A DNA stretch of 64,000 nucleotides from Eledone cirrhosa (lineage: Eukaryota). The DNA is taken from contig OZ024743.1 of the NCBI GenBank assembly GCA_964016885.1, forward strand, positions 168,268,001 to 168,332,000, read 5' to 3'. The notes beneath the pieces were generated by a model. The model saw only the letters and a list, made by a program, of their open reading frames with translations, was not told the DNA's origin and searched no databases. Made by a program: the position numbers and the translations under genes. Below are positions 14,948 to 26,344 of the stretch, in pieces; positions within the stretch are counted from its first letter, which is position 1, and each line of letters starts with the position of its first letter.

Positions 14948-15104
14948 TAAATATGGTTTTATAAATATAGTTTCCATTTATTAATATATTGCATATATAT
15001 ATATATATATATATGTGTGTACTCTTAAATTTGGTGGTTCACCACTGGGTAGAAGTAAACCTGCCCAGCCTCCTGTCATTTTACCATATTATATATATAT
15101 ATAT

Positions 15105-15925
15105 CTTCTCCTTCGCCCATTATGACTGAGAGGGTCGTTGGGGCAGAGTCCTCATACACAGCAGGTCCTGTCAGAAGCAACCGTCTCCAACTGATCCGGC
15201 TGGATCCCCAAGCGAGACCAGCCAAGCTCATGGATGTTATCCAATCATCTTGTTTGCGGTCTATCCCTGGGTCTCCTCCCGATTGGTTTTGCCCGTAAAA
15301 TCTATCCAGCGATTCTTTCCTGAGACATTCGAACCACATGTTCATAGTATCGGATCTGTGATCTCTCAATTTGGAGAATTAGTGGCTTTACCTGGAGTGA
15401 CTCTCTGATCTCCGAGCTACGCACTCTGTTGAGTAACATTACTCTAAAGACTTCGGAGGAATCCCATTTCGGTCGCTTGTATTCGCGATAGTATTCTTTC
15501 GGTCATTACCCAAGATTCATGACCATGGGTAAGGATTGTCAGGAATACCGAATTTAAGTTAGCGAATTTGGATTTTACCCCTACCCCCTATCTGATTACC
15601 GCTCCAGCTTCTATATTTCTTGCACTCAATTCAGCCTCCTGCTTTCCATCCCTTCTTGAACAAGGCCTGGAAATACTTGAAATTCTCCATCTGCTTCAGT
15701 AGAACTCCATTACCATGCAAAGTGCACTGGGCTAGATTCCTTAAGTGTCTCAGTTTCCGCAGCACTGATATTCATTCCAGCCATGCAGCACTTGATATCA
15801 AACCTATCAAGTGCAATTCGGATATCACCTTTTGTCGAGTTAAGTAACACCATATCCTCTGCAAATTCCAGCCGAGTGATTTTGTGCCCGACAGTCATAA
15901 TTCTACTTCAAACCCGGCTGCGCAG
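15105..15925 (-). mobile_element. RTE-clade LINE 3' fragment
   Basis: LEFAEDMVLL and HGHESWVMTER motifs. Related to 20660-21240 and 23309-23657. Confidence 0.8.
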
Positions 15926-15943
15926 TACTCTTGTTTATGAAAA

Positions 15944-16118
15944 TAATTGTTTCTACTTTAGGCACAAGGCCAGCAATTACCCAGTGCACTACTGGTACTT
16001 TATTTTATCGACCCCGTAAGGATGAAAGCAAAGTCAACCTCGGCGGGATTTGAACTCAGATCGTAACTATGCTGGAAAACATGGCGTCCGACCCTCTACC
16101 GATACTGTCAATCCACAG
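15944..16118 (-). mobile_element. SINE family A
   Basis: Near full-length match to the other copies. Confidence 0.9.
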
Positions 16119-16179
16119 CCCTTTATGAAAATAATGATTACGAGAGGTGAAAGTAGGCACACTTGTCGGTGTCCGACTC

Positions 16180-16274
<95 letters not shown>

Positions 16275-16458
16275 GAAAGAGCGATATATTTTAAATTTAA
16301 TTATATCTCATAAAATAATACAGCTGGCTTTTCCACATAATACATATTGTTAGCACCCCAAACACTTAAATTGGGTTTATATTAAAATATAACCTAATGT
16401 TTATTGAGTGAGATGGTTACCAGTCAGAGATTAGCTTTAAACTATCTCTGTTATTGTA

Positions 16459-16545
<87 letters not shown>

Positions 16546-16546
16546 G

Positions 16547-16653
16547 GAAAAAGTATGACCCGACGGCAGAGCTGAAGCCGTTTCGACGGTTATTTCTGTC
16601 CAGAAATAGCCGTCGAAACGGCTTGAGCTCTGCCGTCGGGGTCATACTTTTTC
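16547..16653. repeat. Palindrome (about 50-bp arms) in a (TA)n-flanked element
   Basis: Centre gacggttatttct-gtcc-agaaatagccgtc, followed by GAAA cggc TT. The right arm and its extension match the reverse complement of 40952-41092. Confidence 0.9.
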
Positions 16654-17036
16654 ATATTTCCCACTCTACTACCCTAAATATTGAGTACTCCGGTGCGTTA
16701 TGGTCCATCCGGTTCCTTACCACAATTCCTTCATTATATATATATATATAAGCAAGAAAGTGTTGGTAAAATCCAGTACTTCAGTATGCGGATAGGGAGC
16801 ACTCAACGAAGATATAGGTTCCGGAGTTATAATAGTAACGAAACATAAGTCAATGATAACCATTCAATGGCTATCATCGAAATATATATATAGCAGTAAA
16901 TAAAGGATTATGAGTTCATGCAATTGACTTATATATATGTATCGTGTTGCCCCCCCCCCCTCTCCGAAAAATACACTCACCTGTTGGTTTTCAATTCAAT
17001 TTATTATAAATTTCCGGTAGGTTGTTTCGATAACCG

Positions 17037-17076
17037 GAAGGTCTTTCGTTACACATTCTGTGACCTCCTCAGTGAC
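17037..17076 (-). ncRNA. Hammerhead-like motif, 3' strand of stem I lost
   Basis: Minus strand: gtca CTGAGGA ggtcaca-gaa-tgtgtaac GAAA gacc TT. Same family as 42054-42096. Confidence 0.55.
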
Positions 17077-17318
17077 TAGGTTTTTATTTTGTCTGTCTCT
17101 CCTTTGATCTGTCCTACACCATTTTGTTATTGTGTGCTGTGTCTTTGTGCTCAGTTTGAGCATGCGTTACATTCGGGGGAGGGGGTGGGTGTATGTGTTG
17201 TTTTATTTATGTGTTTATTTACTTGTTCTATCTGTGTGTGTCTGATTTGTTTTGTTAGTTTAGTTTTTGTATGTGTTTATATATCTTTAGTTTGTCCTTA
17301 ATTACTAGTTTTCTGTGT

Positions 17319-17555
17319 AATTTTGCCATTGGCGTTAGCATTGCAGGTGACATAGTTAACCTCATTATGGTATGGTGGGACAGAAGACTTATAGGAACAA
17401 TTAGACGACAATTTTATTATCCTAACTATGTACTCTCGCTACATAGATGACATAAACATCATAGTAAAAACACCCCCACAGGAGAACAGTCAGGAATTAG
17501 AGGAGAACACCATGGAAAGCATCCAGCAATTAGGTAACTCCATAAACAATCTTCC
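17319..17555 (+). pseudogene. Penelope-like reverse transcriptase fragment
   Basis: Hand translation gives NFAIGVSIAGDIVNLIMVWWDRRL, then after a frameshift RYIDDINIIVK. These resemble the PLE RT GxAMG..ANL.M and RYIDD motifs. Confidence 0.7.
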
Positions 17556-17926
17556 GGTTATCGAACCAACCAAATAAATATATTTGGGAAAATATATGAC
17601 GAGTATATATACAATATAGAAATTAAAATAATATCTAAACATAGAAATGACTCATCAGGTAGGCAAATCAGAAAAGCAACTGAGATAGAGCTATGAAGAC
17701 CAAAAAATGAATGGAATAACAACAACCATACCCAATCAAACAATACTGACTTAAGGGAAATATAAATAAATAAATAATTATATATATATATACACACAAG
17801 TACAATAACAACAAACATAAACACACACTAGTAAACAAAAATAGAATACAAAAACACATACACTCAAACACGCACACCAAACATTATACACACACGCAAA
17901 CGCATGCGCAGAGTCGGAAACAATAA

Positions 17927-17981
<55 letters not shown>

Positions 17982-18028
17982 AATTAAAATGGCGTAGACA
18001 TACAATACAATAGGAGGAAACATAATAG

Positions 18029-18072
18029 TACCACTGATGATGTTGCAGATGTGCAAGGAAAGAACTTTGATA
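18029..18072 (+). ncRNA. Minimal hammerhead ribozyme motif
   Basis: tacca CTGATGA tg-ttgca-gatg-tgcaa-g GAAA gaac TT tgata. Confidence 0.62.
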
Positions 18073-18213
18073 GACTATATATATATACTTATATCTCTAT
18101 TTTTAACCGTTGGTCAATCAATGGTAAACGTTGATTGCCAAATAAATTAACTATGGAGATAAAAAAGATACAGAAGCGAAAACCAACCAAACAGTGAGTG
18201 TGTTCTGTTATTA

Positions 18214-18395
18214 TTTGGCAGTATCGGTAGAGGGTCGGACGCCATGCTTTGACGCATAGAGTTACGGCCCTTGCCATTCTGAGTTCAAATCTCGCCGAGG
18301 TTAACTTTGCCTTTCATCCTTACGGGGTCGATAAAATAAATTACCAGTAATACACTGAGTAATTGCTGGCCTTGTGCCAAAAGTAGAAACAATTA
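18214..18395 (+). mobile_element. SINE family A
   Basis: A/B boxes and core present. Confidence 0.9.
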
Positions 18396-18664
18396 TTTCT
18401 GGCAATATTATTACAACAATATGACCCTCCCCAAGTATAACAATATTTGTTTCGACACGATTTCATATAAAAAAAAACTAGCAAAACAAATATATATATA
18501 TATATATATAGTAATAATAATAAATTTGAAGACTAAAATCCAAAGAGGGCTCGATAAGGATAAATATATATCAAATATATAAGAACCGTAGAGCATTAAA
18601 ATAACAGATTAAAGTTTAAGCAAAGAATCGCTGCTTTCACCCTTAGCGGGGTCTATATATATAT

Positions 18665-18846
18665 AGTGGGAACCCCTGCATTGAGACACTGGAAGAGGAA
18701 GACCAAGGTTAACGTATGTTGATGCCCTAAGGACAGACACTCGTCTGTTGGAGACGCAGGACATGGCAGCGATAATGAGGGACAGAGACTGCTGGAGCGA
18801 ACTCGTCCATGGATCTCGGGAATTTTACCCGCCCTAGATAGATAGT
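18665..18846 (+). mobile_element. Short 3' end of RTE/RTEX-like LINE
   Basis: Matches 10660-10838 and ends acccgccctagatagatag. Confidence 0.8.
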
Positions 18847-18911
18847 GGTAGAACACTGGAAGGTAATATCTGTAGTGGTAGAGCACTCAGTCCATGAGAC
18901 GAGTTAGGTAT

Positions 18912-19040
18912 AAGTGGTTACACAACAATTAGTTCACCATACCGAGAACAATTGTTTCACTTTAGCGGATCCTCACCTCGTATCCGCTAAGGTGAAACAA
19001 TTGTGCTCGGTATGGTGAACTAACTGTTGCGTAACCACTT
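18912..19040. repeat. Palindrome (about 58-bp arms) next to (TA)n
   Basis: Centre hairpin ttagcggat..atccgctaa, then gtGAAA caattg T. Confidence 0.9.
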
Positions 19041-19231
19041 CTATATATATATATATATACGGGGTAACAAATAATAGTTAAATGCAGTCCACTTAGGTAA
19101 AGTCCAGTTATGGTATTCCAGGTAGTGGATGTTATTAACGCTTGGCTTGGTTTGACTCAACAAGGCGTTTTCATAGTGATGCTGCGGGAATGCCGTAATT
19201 CCTATGTTGTAAACACTTGGAGTAATAATAA

Positions 19232-19416
19232 ATCAGGAAAGAAGGTTGACATGGTTTGCTATACAAAAAAGGTTTTTAATCTCATAGCTGACAATTGTTT
19301 CTCTGAACGTGAAAATAAGCGAATAGCGATCTCTAGACCTACCAGTTCAGAGAAACAATTGTCAGCTATGAGATTAAAAACCTTTTTTGTATAGCAAACC
19401 ATGTCAACCTTCTTTC

Positions 19417-19421
<5 letters not shown>
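19232..19421. repeat. Inverted repeat with 77-bp arms and 36-nt spacer, next to (TA)n
   Basis: 19232-19308 is the reverse complement of 19345-19421. The arm starts gttcaga GAAA caattg TC. Confidence 0.93.
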
Positions 19422-19481
<60 letters not shown>

Positions 19482-20659
19482 ATATATATATATACACATA
19501 TTGGAAACTCCTTTCTTCCTTTCTCCTCTTGTTCCGTCCTAACCACTATCCTAAACCTTGTTTTTAGTAACCAAACAGCTCCTTACGTTTCGTATCATTT
19601 TGTATTTACCGCTGTGACCCTACCTGATTTGGTCGATCTGTGTCCCCTCCGCACTTTCGCATCGACCCTCCATTTTGTCTTCCCTTCTCCTCCTCACTCT
19701 CGTTTTTTTCTCTCTCCCTCCCTCTCTCTATCCATCCGTTCGGTTTTGATTGTTGACATGTTTACACGTGCCGCAGTGGCTTCTCTGTTCGCAATCTTTG
19801 CGGCATGTTTTTACCATCGTCGTAAAAATACGATTCTGGATTATCTCCCTTTTCTTTCTCCTCCTCACTTTTGGTTGCTCGTGTCTCTCTCTCACTTTCT
19901 CATGTCTATGTGAGAGGCAGCACGATTATACCAGCTCTGAGTCGTGGCTGACCACCAGGCTAAAGTCTCCCAGGTTGGCCACAACTTACTTTCCCTATTT
20001 TTCCACGGTTACTCTTTTGCATGTTTCTTTCACATGGGACCTGTACACATATTTTCTCCTATTCCTTTCCTATTTTTCCCCCTTTTCCCTTTCCCCTTTC
20101 TCTCCCCACCCCTCCCCCTGTTCTTCCTCCTTTCCCTCTCTTTCCTTTTCTCTCTCCTTTTTTCTCCTCCTTTTCTCTCTTTCTCTCTCCTTTTCCACCT
20201 GGCCTTTTGATTAATAAAAGGCCTCGGGCGCACCCGAACTACACATGTGTGTGTGTATGTGCATGTGTGTGTGTATGTGTGTTCGTGTGTGTCTGCTTAT
20301 GTATGTGTATACATATATGTACAAATATATGTATGCATGTGTATGTAAGCGTGTATATATATATGTATGGGTGTGTCCATGTGTATGCCCATATAGATAT
20401 ATGCCTCTACGTATGTATCTATATATATGATGAAAGAAAACAGATACCTGTGTCTCTAGGTGAAGTACGCGTACATACTTGGTTATGCCGGTTAATTCTG
20501 TGCCCACAGAGCAACTACCTTGTTTATGACCCTACAAAACTTTGCATACGGTCAAAATGGGTCGACTGGTGCCTACATATAATTCCATTAACTACTCTCA
20601 TAACTCTTAAAGGGAACTCACGGTGAAGATATCTATATGCTATCATTTTATTATTATTA

Positions 20660-21240
20660 CTAGCTCATGGATGTTATCTAACTATTTTGCTCAGGGTTTA
20701 CCTCGGGGTCTCTTGCCGGTTGGTTTTGCCTGTAAAATGTGTCCAGTGATTCTTTCCTGAATCATTCTAACCACATGCCCATAGTATCGGAGTTGTGATG
20801 TCCCAATCCGGAGAAGTAGCGGCTCTACCAGGAGTGACTCTTTGGTCTCTGAGCTATGTCCTTTATCGAGTAACGTTATTCTAAAGACCTTTCTGAAGAA
20901 CCCCATTTCTGCCGTTTGTATGTGCAATTGTATTCTTTCGGTCATTACCCAAGATTCATGACCATGGGTAAGGATTGTCAGGAATACCGAATTTAAGTTA
21001 GCGAATTTGGATTTTACACGTACCTCCTTTCTTATTACTGCACCAGCTCAGTAACGGTTGGCAGAAATACCAGGAAGACAACGAGTTTGGCTTTCACACC
21101 TACCTCCCTTCTACTGAATGCTGAAGCTGGCGCATTACTACATCAGCTTTTGCAATTCTTGCACTTAATTCAGCCTCCTGCATTCCATCACTCATGATAC
21201 TTGAACTTCTCCAGCTACTTCAGGTGAACTCCATTCACAT
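20660..21240 (-). mobile_element. RTE-clade LINE 3' fragment
   Basis: MTERIQLHIQTAEMGFFRKV...LRYYGHVVRM...GKRPRGKP. Confidence 0.8.
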
Positions 21241-21409
21241 GTATATAAATTTGAGCGACTTCTGTCCATCCGTCCGTCACAAAATGTGTGTGTATTTGTG
21301 TGAATGTATGTGTGTGTAAAAGGAGGAAGGGGATACACACATATATGTCTCTAACTTAAAACCGGTGACGCATACACACACATACACACAAATATATATA
21401 TATATATAT

Positions 21410-21514
<105 letters not shown>

Positions 21515-21579
21515 CACAGGTCTCAAATTAAAGAATGCCGACAAACTCACGTGCGCACATACACACACTGTTCTATTAC

Positions 21580-22030
21580 CACTGAAGAGCTTTGATCCGG
21601 ACAAACATCCCCTCAGTTTTGAAACAGTCTGGGTTGTCCAGAATTGATGGGAAAAGAACTGAGGGTCTTACCCTGTGATTCTGATCAAGAGGCAGGTGTC
21701 TTGTCTGGGACATCACAGTTAGTAACTCTTCTGCTTCTTCCCGTATCCTAGATGCAGCAGTAAGGGCGAGTGCCACAGCATCCGAAGGTGAACGGAACAA
21801 AATCCTAAAATACCGTGATCTGTTGGCTAACTACATTTTCTAGCCAGTGGCGTTCGAGATGTTTGGGGAAGTCGGGCTACTGACTGCGAGATTCTTACCT
21901 TCACTGGCTGCTCGCCTAACAGAGGAAATTGGTGAAGCTCGTGAAGGCGCTTGGTTGTTCCAGTACCTCAGCCTCGCCATCACCCGAGGTAACATTGCAA
22001 GTGTACTGGATTGCCACAAAAATTATTAGA
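21580..22030 (+). mobile_element. CRE-like LINE 3' fragment (RLE domain)
   Basis: Hand translation gives DGKRTEGLTL..RGRCLVWDITV and VAFEMFG...WLFQYLSLAITRGN, resembling the end of the 55.7-58.6 kb element. Confidence 0.75.
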
Positions 22031-22239
22031 GAGTGTCCCAGTACTACCCGCGATATTTTTATCTTTTTCTCTGGTAGTAGCTCGTTTGTCCACCCCTTTC
22101 GCCTGCGTTTTGTTGTATGTGGTCCTAGATGAATGTATGTGCACATACGCACACACGTACGCATATATAAATAAGCACAGACATACACGTCAGCGCGTTG
22201 AAAAACATCCTAATCTCTTCATTTCTCAACCTCTTTCTC

Positions 22240-22334
<95 letters not shown>

Positions 22335-22338
<4 letters not shown>

Positions 22339-22674
22339 ATATTAAATAAATGGAAACTATTTATAAAACCATATTTATTCTATTATATATATTTGTCGGA
22401 CGCCATGCTTTCCAGCATAGTTACGTCCCTTTACGATCTGAGTTCAAATCCCGCCGAGGTTGACTTTGCCTTTCATCCTTACGGGGTCGATAAAATAAAG
22501 TACCAGTAATGCACTGGGTAATTGGTGGCCTTGTGCCTAAAGTAGAAACAATTATATATATTTCAAGGGTACCAAAAATGTTGGTACGCTATCATCAAAA
22601 AAAATAAGAAGTGTTTTTTTAATAAATTTTGACATAACCAAGGATAATATACCTTAACGATTCAAGTTATCCCT

Positions 22675-22680
<6 letters not shown>
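22335..22680 (-). mobile_element. Hammerhead-bearing element (family of 14800-14995), interrupted by a SINE
   Basis: Minus strand: TTGATGA tagc-gtaccaa-cattt-ttggtac-cctt GAAA tatata. Flanks match 14800-14995. Confidence 0.7.
22395..22550 (+). mobile_element. 5'-truncated SINE family A with 13-bp TSD
   Basis: TSD attatatatattt at 22382-22394 and 22551-22563. Confidence 0.9.
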
Positions 22681-22729
<49 letters not shown>

Positions 22730-22761
22730 TACACGGGTGTGTATGATTGTGTATAGAAGAT

Positions 22762-23146
22762 TATATTAATAAAAGGAATTCCAACTTTGTCTGATTTACT
22801 CATTTTATTTACAATCCTTTAAAATTTATAATGGTATTAGAATGAAATAGTATGGTAGAATATTAAATGTTAAGTGTTAATTGAACAAGTACTTTCATGC
22901 TTTCGCAATCTTCAGGTTCATATTGTGTGGTGACAGTCAAGTTTGCAATTTCAGTCGACAGTTGAAAATTGCAAACTTGACTGTCACCACACAATATGAA
23001 CCTGAAGATTGCGAAAGCATAAAGTACTTGTTCAATTAACACTTAACATTTAATATTCTACCATACTATTTCATTCTAATTCCATTATAAATTTTAAAGG
23101 ATTGTAAATAAAGCGAGTAAATCAGACAAAGTTGGAATTCCTTTTA

Positions 23147-23154
<8 letters not shown>
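22762..23154. repeat. Long palindrome (about 190-bp arms) between (TA)n tracts
   Basis: Arms are near-perfect reverse complements around gtcgaca at about 22955. Confidence 0.95.
22882..22920 (-). ncRNA. Minimal hammerhead ribozyme motif
   Basis: Minus strand: tgaac CTGAAGA t-tgc-gaaa-gca-t GAAA gtac TT gttca. Perfect 5-bp stem I and palindromic GTAC loop. The mirror copy at 22997-23034 lacks the G of GAAA. Confidence 0.78.
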
Positions 23155-23190
<36 letters not shown>

Positions 23191-23308
23191 TCAATATAGA
23201 AAATCTCCTGCAGGACTAGAACTGTTTCATTCTTGAGAAATCCTCAGGAAGCCTACTTCCTGATAATTTCTCACGAATGAAAAGCTTTTCTAAATTAAAA
23301 CATTTATA

Positions 23309-24420
23309 CTCTACCAGGAGTGACTCTCTGGTCTCTGAGCTATGCACTTTATCGAGTAACGTTACTCCAAAGACCCTTCGGAGGAACCCCATTTCTGCGA
23401 CTTTTATTTGCAATTGTATTCTTTTGGTCATTACTCAAGATTCATGATCCTCGGTAAGAGTTGGCAGGAATACCAGGAAGACAGCGAGTTTGGCTTTTAC
23501 ACCTACCCCCCTGATTACCGAATGCTGAGGCTGGCGCATTACTACATCAGCTTTTGCAATTCTTGCACTTAATTCAGCCTCCTGCATTCCATCACTCATG
23601 AACACGGCTCCAAGATACTTGAACTTCTCTAACTACTTCAGTAGAACTCCATTCACATGTATATAAATTTAAGGGACTTCTGTCCACCCGTCCATCACGC
23701 AATGTGTATGTGTGTTTGTGTGAATGTATGTGTGTTTAAAAGGAAAGAAAGGGATATACACACATATATGTCTAACTTAAAAACAGTGAAACACACACAC
23801 GTCTCTAATTTAAGAACGCCGACAAACTCACGCGCACGCATATACACACACTGTTTCATTACCATTTAAGAACTTTGGCCCGGGCAAACATCCCCTCAAT
23901 TTTGGAACCGTCTGGGTTGTCCTGAATTGAGAAAAGACTTGACGGTCTTACTATTTGCTCCTGGTCAAGAGGCAGGTGCTTTACCTGGGACGTCACAGTT
24001 AGTGACTCTTTTGCTTTCCCCCACATTCTGGATGCATAGGTAAGGGCGAGAGCTACAGCATCCGCAGCTGAACGGATCAAAATCCTAAAATACCGTGTTC
24101 CGTCAGCTAACTACATTATCCAACCTGTGGCGTTCGAGATGTTTGGGGGAGTCGGGCTACTGACAGCGAGATACTTATCTTCACTGCGGGTCGCCAAACA
24201 GAGGTAACTGGTGATGCTCGTGAGGGCACTTGTTTGTTCCAGCACCTCAGCGGTGCCATCACTCTAGGTAACGCTGAGAGCGTGCTGGCCTACCTCAAAA
24301 TTTATTAGAGAGGTTTCCCAATGCTCCCCGCTAGATTGCTATCTTTTGCTCTGGTAGCGTCTCGTTTTTATCGTTCTTTCGACTGCATTTTGTTCTAAGT
24401 GGTCTAAGATGTGTGTATTA
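23309..24420. repeat. Diverged duplicate of about 20820-22140 (RTE minus-strand fragment plus CRE plus-strand fragment)
   Basis: Colinear similarity that includes the junction sequences between unrelated elements. Confidence 0.85.
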
Positions 24421-24482
24421 CGTGCATGTGTATTTTTATTTTCCCTTTTTAACCTTTCCATTTCCTTTGTATATATTATATT

Positions 24483-24862
24483 GAATTGGTAGTATCGGTA
24501 GAGGGTCGGACGCCATGCTTTCTAGCATAGGTACGTCCCTTTACGGTCTGAGTTCAAATCCCGTCGAGGTTAACTTTGCCTTTTATCCTTACGGCGTCGA
24601 TAAAATAAAGTACCAGTAATGCACTGGGATAATTGCTGGCCTTGTGCCAAAAGTAGAAACAATTATTAAAAGGGTGGTGGATTGGCAGTATAGGTAGAGG
24701 GTTGGATGCCATGCTTGGCAGCATAGAGTTACGGCCCTTTACGACCTGAGTTCAAATCCCACCGAGGTTAACTTTGCCTTTCCTCCTTACTGGGTCGATA
24801 AAATAAAGTACCAGTAATACACTGGGATAATTGCTGGCCTTGTGACAAAAAAAGAAACAATT
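24483..24862 (+). mobile_element. Two tandem SINE family A copies
   Basis: Copies at about 24483-24667 and 24672-24862. Confidence 0.9.
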
Positions 24863-25403
24863 ATATTTGTTGGTGTTTTCGTTCTATAACCATTATATTA
24901 AATGAGTTTAAAAAAAAAGAGTTAATAACTAAATAAAGATTTAATAAATAAATAAAACGTTATACTTGTTTTACCCTCCCATTTCTAATTCACCGAACGC
25001 TGCTATCATGACTCTATGTGTGTGTTTGTGTAAATGTATATGTGTGAATGTATGTATGTTTGTGTGAAAGTATGTGTGAATGTATGTGTATTTGTGTGAA
25101 TGTATGTCCGTGAGCGTGTATTTTTATAAGTTTGTGTTTGCGCGATTATAGTTATATACTCATAATAGTTATATACTCATACATATAGATGTATGTATGT
25201 GCACACTCATTCGCGTCAGCGTATAGAAAATCATAATCTATATATCTCTCTCATCGCACACTCTCTCTTTCTATATATATGGTAGTTGAAGTGGTGGTGG
25301 TGGCAACGATATACTGGAAAATGAAACTTTGAAAAGAAGTCAATTTTAAATTATTTATGTTTACGAAATTTAGTTACGAAATTTAGTACATAAATTATGT
25401 AAT

Positions 25404-25706
25404 ATTCATTCATTGTTTATTCAAAGTAATCCAACTTATTTTACTAACCGGATTAAAAGAAATAAACCGTACGCAGTCCCACAATCCTTACTTTATTATA
25501 GTTTATATTCATTCATTATCTATTCAAAGTAATCCAACTTATTTTACTAACCGGATTAAAAGAAATAAACCGTACGCTGTCCCACAATCCTTACTTTATT
25601 ATAGTTTATATTCATTCATTATCTAAGTAATCCAACTTATTTTACTAACGGGATTAAAAAATATATTCTGGACGCTGTCCCGTACTCCTCCCTTTATTAT
25701 AGTTAA
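25404..25706. repeat. About 103-bp tandem repeat, about 3 units
   Basis: aagtaatccaacttattttactaac occurs three times. Confidence 0.9.
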
Positions 25707-25744
25707 AATTGTGTGAGAATATGCAGTATCAGTAGAGCGTTTAC

Positions 25745-26325
25745 GCGGCATAGAGGAATGGGCCTTTAAATGACTTAACGGAGCAAGTGACATACAGAAC
25801 AGCAAAGAGGACAATGAGTTACCTGGGAATATTCCACTATCAATCTTGATCTGTCTAGATTCCAGTGGTCTGTTATGGTGTTGAAGGATCATTGTAGTTT
25901 TCCAGTCTGCCATCATTGCCTTCAGGAAAGTTGTGATCTCAGGTGCTATGTGATACCTTTCTAGTGTCTTTATGATCGATGAATGAGGTACGCTGTCGAA
26001 TGCCTCCTTGTAGTCTATCCAAGCCATTGATAGGTTTTTCTTTTTCTGTTTGCATTTTTCCGTTATGAGTCTATTTATCAGTAGCTGATCTTTGCATCCA
26101 TAACTCTCTCGTTTACAGCCTTTTTGCTCAGGTGTCAGTAGATCTCCACAGATGATGTAATTGTAGACCCTGTTGGTAATCACTGATGTAAGGGCTTTGT
26201 ACAGCGTTGGGAGACATGTAATTGGTCTATAGTGTTTTAGATTTTCTGTGCATTCATTATTCGGTAGAAGATACGTTACGCTTTGCGACCTCTCTTGGGT
26301 TTGCTACAATCCTGGAGAATTCAGC
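25745..26325 (-). mobile_element. R4/Dong-like LINE RT fragment
   Basis: EQKGCKRESYGCKDQLLI...SMAWIDYKEAFDSVPH...GIFPGNSLS. Confidence 0.85.
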
Positions 26326-26344
26326 AGCCAAGGTTGTGCGCATT

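Larger units (their letters stand above)
13541..15092. repeat. Inverted repeat pair (13541-13620 / 15015-15092) bracketing nested elements
   Basis: About 78 bp of near-perfect reverse complement, each arm flanked by (TA)n. Confidence 0.9.
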
